This document shows positions 58,993-64,000 of a DNA stretch of 64,000 nucleotides, piece after piece (positions within the stretch are counted from its first letter, which is position 1; each line of letters starts with the position of its first letter). The position numbers were made by a program, and so were the translations under genes. Source of the stretch: Candidatus Melainabacteria bacterium (GTDB lineage: Bacteria > Cyanobacteriota > Vampirovibrionia > 2-02-FULL-35-15); contig JAHFBG010000003.1 in NCBI GenBank assembly GCA_023250155.1, positions 102,040-166,039 of the forward strand. The letters are read 5' to 3'. The notes under the pieces were generated by a model, which was not told the DNA's origin, did no database searches, and was given only the letters and a program-made list of their open reading frames with translations.

Positions 58993-60432
58993 ATGGTAAA
59001 ACAAACCAGAGATAAAAGAGCAAGAATTAGAGGACGGATAACAAAAGCCTGCCTTACTCTTTTTACATTTTGTTTTGTATTTGTAAACTCTCAACTCTCA
59101 GTGCTTAGCTTTAATTATGAAGCTGATTATGATTCTATAATTGTTCATCCAAAGAAACAGCTACTAAGATCAAAAAGAATTGGTTCATTAATGTATAGAA
59201 GCGGTGTTCAAAGATTCCAAAAAATTAAAGATGATGTTTTTGTAATTCCTTTAGATACTAATAATAGAACTTCTAACAAAGAAACTATTTCACAATTACA
59301 ACAAAGTGGTTTATATGATTTAGTAGAGCCCGACTATAAGTTTTCTCTCGATCAAGAACCCACTGATAGAAAATATGTAAGAATTGCTACTCATAAAGCT
59401 GTAATAGAAGTACCGGGCAACAATTCAGAAGTACCGGGCAACAATTCAGAAGCACCAAGCATCAATTCTCCTGAGATAACAAATACTAATTTAAGTATTA
59501 ATAAGGTTCAAGAAATTACACCTAATGATAAAGGGTTTTCTTCACAGTACTACTTAAGAGAAATCAATGCAACAAAAGCATGGAATACAGCTCTTGGAAA
59601 TGAAATATCAGTTGGCGTGCTGGATACAGGTGTTGATGCAAATCACCCTGATTTAATTGGTAAAGTAAGTGGTGGGATTAATTTAAATGATCAGGATGTA
59701 AAAGATACTATAGGGCATGGAACAAGTGTGGCAGGAATAATAGCTGCAAACACTAATAACAATCAAGGAATTGCAGGGATAGGATGGAATACAAAAATAA
59801 TCTCAATGCGGGTTACAGATGATGTAGGACAGGCAAGAGTATCTACAGTAGTTACAGCATTAGATGAAGCACATAAGAGAGGGATAAAAATTGTTCAACT
59901 TAGCTTGAGTACAAATCAATTTTCTCAAACTTTAAAAAGAGCTATTGAAGAAGCACAAAGCAATGGTATTTTAATTATCTCTACAGGTGGCAATACAGGC
60001 GTAGAGGAAATCCGTTATCCAGCTGCATTTGATGGAGTAATTGGTGTAGGAGCAGTTGGTGAAACAAAAGAGCTTGAATATTATAGTACTACGGGTGATC
60101 ATATTAGCCTTGTAGCACCGGGCTCTGATATTTATACTACAGCTATAGATTCCAGCTATGACAAAGTTACTGGAACATCCTTTGCTGCTCCACAAGTAGC
60201 AGGTGCTGCTGCTTTAGTCTGGTCTATTTCACCAAACTTAACAAACAATGAAGTAAGAGATATTCTTCTTAAATCCGCTGATGATCTAGGACAAGAAGGT
60301 AAAGATAAAGAGTTTGGTTATGGACATTTAAATATTGAGAAGGCAGTAGAGTTAGCAAAAGGTAATGATTCACCACAGTCCAATCCCACAACAACAAATT
60401 CAATAGAAATAAAATCGTGGATTAAGAGATAA
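58993..60432 (+). CDS. subtilisin-like serine peptidase (S8)
   Basis: Asp VGVLDTGVD, His GHGTSVAGII, Ser GTSFAAPQVAGAAAL catalytic triad motifs; 21-nt tandem VPGNNSE repeat at 59411..59452. Confidence 0.9.
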   Translation: MVKQTRDKRARIRGRITKACLTLFTFCFVFVNSQLSVLSFNYEADYDSIIVHPKKQLLRSKRIGSLMYRSGVQRFQKIKDDVFVIPLDTNNRTSNKETISQLQQSGLYDLVEPDYKFSLDQEPTDRKYVRIATHKAVIEVPGNNSEVPGNNSEAPSINSPEITNTNLSINKVQEITPNDKGFSSQYYLREINATKAWNTALGNEISVGVLDTGVDANHPDLIGKVSGGINLNDQDVKDTIGHGTSVAGIIAANTNNNQGIAGIGWNTKIISMRVTDDVGQARVSTVVTALDEAHKRGIKIVQLSLSTNQFSQTLKRAIEEAQSNGILIISTGGNTGVEEIRYPAAFDGVIGVGAVGETKELEYYSTTGDHISLVAPGSDIYTTAIDSSYDKVTGTSFAAPQVAGAAALVWSISPNLTNNEVRDILLKSADDLGQEGKDKEFGYGHLNIEKAVELAKGNDSPQSNPTTTNSIEIKSWIKR

Positions 60433-60434
60433 AA

Positions 60435-61148
60435 TTATTTATATACGACGTTTTCTATAATACTTTCAAACAATCGCTTTCCATCTTCACTACCTAAAAT
60501 ATTTTCACAAGCACGTTCTGGATGAGGCATCATACCAAGGACATTTATAGAATTGAGAGTTGAGAATTGAGAATTGAGTGTAGAGCCTGTAATACCAGCT
60601 ATGTTGTTTATAGATCCATTTGGATTACTTCGCTCACTTACGTTTCCATCCTTATCACAGTACTGAAAAACTATTTGGCTTTTATCAAGATCTTTTGAAA
60701 CATATCTTCCATCACCATGAGCAATAGGAAGTTTTATAATTTCACCTTCTTTATAGAGTCTTGTAAAAGGTGTTTTATTGTTTACTACTTTTAAATAAAC
60801 TTCATCACAAATAAAATTTAAAGATTTGTTTCTAGTTAATGCACCGGGTAGTAATCCTATTTCACAAAGTATTTGAAATCCATTACATATACCTATTATA
60901 AGCCCACCTTTATTTGCAAAGTCTATTACAGACGGAATTATTTTAGAGAATCGTGCTATAGCACCAGATCTTAAATAATCACCATAACTAAATCCACCAG
61001 GAAGTACTATACAGTCTATTCCTTGTGGTAATTTTTCTTCATCGTGAAAGACTTCTACTACATCTTGCTTTAAGATATCTTTTAAAACATAAACACAGTC
61101 TTTATCACAATTTGAGCCTGGAAAAGTAATGACAGAGAATTTCATCAC
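60435..61148 (-). CDS. purQ: phosphoribosylformylglycinamidine synthase subunit PurQ
   Basis: [15 protein letters not shown]..., GFSYGD, catalytic Cys GICNGFQ, MMPHPER; in-frame heptamer insertion at 60549..60581. Confidence 0.85.
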   Translation of the reverse strand: MMKFSVITFPGSNCDKDCVYVLKDILKQDVVEVFHDEEKLPQGIDCIVLPGGFSYGDYLRSGAIARFSKIIPSVIDFANKGGLIIGICNGFQILCEIGLLPGALTRNKSLNFICDEVYLKVVNNKTPFTRLYKEGEIIKLPIAHGDGRYVSKDLDKSQIVFQYCDKDGNVSERSNPNGSINNIAGITGSTLNSQFSTLNSINVLGMMPHPERACENILGSEDGKRLFESIIENVVYK

Positions 61149-61224
61149 TTTTTATTGTATCATTTGTTTTTATGGTCTACCTTAAAAACAATTATTCCTT
61201 CAAGAATCATCATAGTTTATTTCC

Positions 61225-61971
61225 TTATACTTTGTTAAGTTTGACAAGTAAGTCTATGGCTGCATCCTGAGCTAGTTTATTTTCAGTCTTTTTTGCAATC
61301 TCTCCTAAAGTCTCTACTGAATATTGATCTTTTTTAAGATGAGCAAGCAGGTTTATATGATTTGGATTAGAGAGTTTTATAAGTGCAAACTCAGTAACAT
61401 CTTTACCTAAATCTTTATAAACATCTGCTCCTAAAGAAAGAGCATTTATAACCTTTCTTATAAGAGCTTCGGTTACTTTAAACCTGGTCCTCTCATATGA
61501 AAATGAAGGTTTTTTATTTGTAGCAAACTTAAATAATACTGCTGTAGCCTCTTTTGTAGGAATATTTTCTAGAGCTGTTATAACTGCAGACCGAAAGTCA
61601 ATTTCACCATCTAAAGTATAATTGTATCGCCTATTCTCAGACCAATCATTTTTTTCTAATAAAGAACCTAGTACTGGTACTGCTTCTTGTGCTTTCATAT
61701 CTCCAAGTGCTTTTGCTGCAGCTATACGATATATAATGCTATCTCCGTTATCTTGAAGTATTGCTATTAAATTTGGTATTGCCATAGATAGGTGGCGTAC
61801 TGCTATAGTTTCTATAGCTTTGCAGCGTAAATGCAGGTCTGGGCTATTTAAGTTAGAAGTTATTTGTCTCCAGGTCCAATCAGGTGTAGTTTCTCGCCCA
61901 CTAGCTATTTTTTCATCTATTGCAAAAGCTATTCTTGAATTGTTTGTAGGGCCTATAGGACTTATAAACAT
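61225..61971 (-). CDS. HEAT/PBS-lyase-like repeat protein
   Basis: repeats AIPNLIAILQD...RIAAAKALGDM...AVPVLGSLL. Confidence 0.6.
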   Translation of the reverse strand: MFISPIGPTNNSRIAFAIDEKIASGRETTPDWTWRQITSNLNSPDLHLRCKAIETIAVRHLSMAIPNLIAILQDNGDSIIYRIAAAKALGDMKAQEAVPVLGSLLEKNDWSENRRYNYTLDGEIDFRSAVITALENIPTKEATAVLFKFATNKKPSFSYERTRFKVTEALIRKVINALSLGADVYKDLGKDVTEFALIKLSNPNHINLLAHLKKDQYSVETLGEIAKKTENKLAQDAAIDLLVKLNKV

Positions 61972-62054
61972 TGTTATGTCTCCTTGTTTAAATTAGTGGA
62001 ATTACTATATCAAATCTCTTACTAATCTCAAATATGACTTTATAGCTTGACTGT

Positions 62055-62573
62055 TTAAAATGTCTTGTCCAAGACTACTTCAATAGCATCACTTATAGAC
62101 TCTTGTACTTCTATATAATACTGAGTTATCATTTCTTTTTTTGCAGCTTCAAGATTTTCCAAAGCTTTATGTAGTGCTGGTAGTGAATCTTTTGTACCTA
62201 TTCTTTCAAGTGCATATACTGCTCTACTAGTTCGTTCAGAAGGTTTCTCTTCTAGAATTTCACAAAGTATTTTTTCTGCATCTTTTGATCTATATCCTAT
62301 TTCTCTAAGGATATCTATTGCAGCTAAATGAGTATCTTCAGTGTAATTAGAATAGTCTCTTAGTATTCCAGTAAGCACTGGAATTGCTTGTTCTTTTTTT
62401 TCTTTAATTTTATTAACTACAAGGTCTAAAGTTATAGTCCTACCATCACCTAAAAGTCTGACTAGTGCTTGTATTTGTTTATCTGTCAGTTTTAAATCTT
62501 GTGCTTCACCTGCAGCTCTAAACTCAGGTGCATAAACAAGCTTTCTTTCAAGAGATTTATTTAAGTAAATCAT
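62055..62573 (-). CDS. HEAT-repeat protein
   Basis: 172 aa with AIPVLTGILRDY...AAIDILREIG units. Confidence 0.55.
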   Translation of the reverse strand: MIYLNKSLERKLVYAPEFRAAGEAQDLKLTDKQIQALVRLLGDGRTITLDLVVNKIKEKKEQAIPVLTGILRDYSNYTEDTHLAAIDILREIGYRSKDAEKILCEILEEKPSERTSRAVYALERIGTKDSLPALHKALENLEAAKKEMITQYYIEVQESISDAIEVVLDKTF

Positions 62574-62664
62574 TTTTATATTGGGTACAGATTAAAATTG
62601 CTTACTACTATAGCAGAAGTGTTTCTTAATGTACAACTATACTGAATAAGGTTAAAAATATTTC

Positions 62665-63897
62665 TTATAATTCGTTCCACGGAATTGCATAGATATTATC
62701 CTCTAGTTTCATTGCACCTGAGAATTTCCCAATTAAGAACCCTTTTTTAATGCCATATTTTTTATATTCCTCCATAAAAATTTTCAAATGTTTAATGTGT
62801 TCTTTTCTAGGAGTATTTGTATATTTGATTTCTATAGGAATTAATTCATCTTCAGTTTGGATTATAAAATCAACTTCTAGTCCAGTTTTTGTACGCCAAA
62901 AATAATACTTATAGTAAGGATATGCATATTTGATTCTCTTTATTAACTCTAAAATTATAAATTGTTCAAAGAGCTTACCACCTGTTTCAGTTTTTAACAC
63001 TGCTTCATTTATGTGTGTTCTAGAGGCTTCATTTCGAATTCCTACATCAAAAAAAATATAGCGAGGGGTAGATAAAATTTGTTTCCTACTTTTCTTTTGA
63101 AAAGGTGGAATTGAAAATGTTATTAAAGTATCTTCTAAAAGCTGGAAATAATTTTGTACGGTGCTTACCGATATCCCGGTCTCCTGAGATAGCCTAGATA
63201 GATTTGGTGCGCTACCTGATTCATGTGCAGACAGTTCAAGAAATTTTGAAAATGCCCCAAGATTTCTTGCAAGAGCTTCTATTCTAATTTCCTCTTCAAG
63301 ATAATTTAAAACATATGACTTTAACAATTTGCTCTTAAATTCTTGCTGTTCTGTAACTACTCCAGGCAAAGAACCATGTATTAAAAGTTCTTCTAAAGAA
63401 ATTTTCAATTTGTTTCCTCCCTTTACTTTAATAGGAAGAATTTGTTGGTTCTCAGTATTGAAAATTTCAGGAATAATTAATGGGTGCATATATTCTACAA
63501 ACACTCTGCCAGGAAGAAGATTTACATCTTTTGCTCTTAATTTTCTAGCAGAAGAACCTGTTAAAATAACAGAAATTTTATTTTTGTATTTGTCAATTAA
63601 ATACTGACATCCATCAAGCAACTGTGGAATCTTTTGAACTTCATCTATATATAAAATCAAAGATTCTGATTCTAATATTTTTTCAGCCTTTGAGCTTATC
63701 ATTTCAGGATGGAGTATTAACTCTTGGAATGTAGGAATATCCTGAAGTCTATATATAAGGGTTTTGTTCTTTTTGCAGGACTGTAAATAGTTCTCTATAA
63801 GTGTACTTTTTCCTACCTGTCTTGGACCAAGCAATAAAATGCTTTTAGAAGCATCTAAATACTTTTCAATTTGACTTGTTATATACCTATTTAGCAT
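62665..63897 (-). CDS. AAA ATPase, DUF4143 family (paralog 3)
   Basis: Walker A LLGPRQVGKSTL, Walker B YIDEVQ; C-terminus NIYAIPWNEL. Confidence 0.8.
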   Translation of the reverse strand: MLNRYITSQIEKYLDASKSILLLGPRQVGKSTLIENYLQSCKKNKTLIYRLQDIPTFQELILHPEMISSKAEKILESESLILYIDEVQKIPQLLDGCQYLIDKYKNKISVILTGSSARKLRAKDVNLLPGRVFVEYMHPLIIPEIFNTENQQILPIKVKGGNKLKISLEELLIHGSLPGVVTEQQEFKSKLLKSYVLNYLEEEIRIEALARNLGAFSKFLELSAHESGSAPNLSRLSQETGISVSTVQNYFQLLEDTLITFSIPPFQKKSRKQILSTPRYIFFDVGIRNEASRTHINEAVLKTETGGKLFEQFIILELIKRIKYAYPYYKYYFWRTKTGLEVDFIIQTEDELIPIEIKYTNTPRKEHIKHLKIFMEEYKKYGIKKGFLIGKFSGAMKLEDNIYAIPWNEL

Positions 63898-64000
63898 ATA
63901 ACTAATATACCACTATGGTACAAATTAGTAAACTAAATTTAGGGTATACTCTATAAATAGTAAACACTTGAATGTTTTAATTAGAATTTGTTTTAGGATT

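Overview
This is a low-GC (about 30%) bacterial chromosomal segment with dense coding on both strands. The recognisable content is a housekeeping core: PhoU, IspF, DnaX, Pth, Dxr, ValRS, KdsB, YjbQ, a PrpD-PrpB-PrpC methylcitrate operon, an acyl-CoA synthetase, PurB, an aldehyde dehydrogenase, TatC, ProB, ExbB/ExbD with a TonB-like protein, RidA, an S8 peptidase and PurQ. A SWIB/MDM2-domain protein at 45481..45780, many HEAT-repeat proteins and the LPS/TolQ-type genes together suggest a Chlamydiae/PVC-like or symbiont-like lineage; this is inference only. No rRNA, tRNA or CRISPR array was recognised. Interleaved with the core are accessory features that ordinary annotation does not explain:
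- (1) Short tandem heptanucleotide repeats, STRR-like, are inserted in frame in dnaX, valS, purQ and the 5' end of another gene, and also occur as intergenic blocks.
- (2) A DUF4143-type AAA ATPase gene sits inside the 3' end of a family-4 uracil-DNA glycosylase gene, flanked by a 59-bp perfect (73-bp imperfect) direct repeat that duplicates the UDG C-terminal coding motif. There are two further ATPase paralogs and a C-terminal remnant.
- (3) A locus of small cysteine-rich secreted peptides is arranged divergently around a structured leader that carries an intrinsic terminator.
- (4) A family of Cys-rich secreted proteins has Pro-Thr linkers, and one member is frameshifted.
- (5) An operon encodes a 1304-aa transglutaminase-like/DUF58 giant protein followed by two paralogs that share a conserved N-terminal 'MNSLsAISGYLRS' motif.
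- (6) A multi-carrier-protein (PP-binding) gene has a tandemly duplicated 5' end and lies next to an alkaline-phosphatase-superfamily phosphodiesterase.
- (7) A calcium-binding island contains two EF-hand membrane proteins and four tandem paralogous EF-hand lipoproteins.
All domain calls rest on motif recognition by eye; no database search was run.
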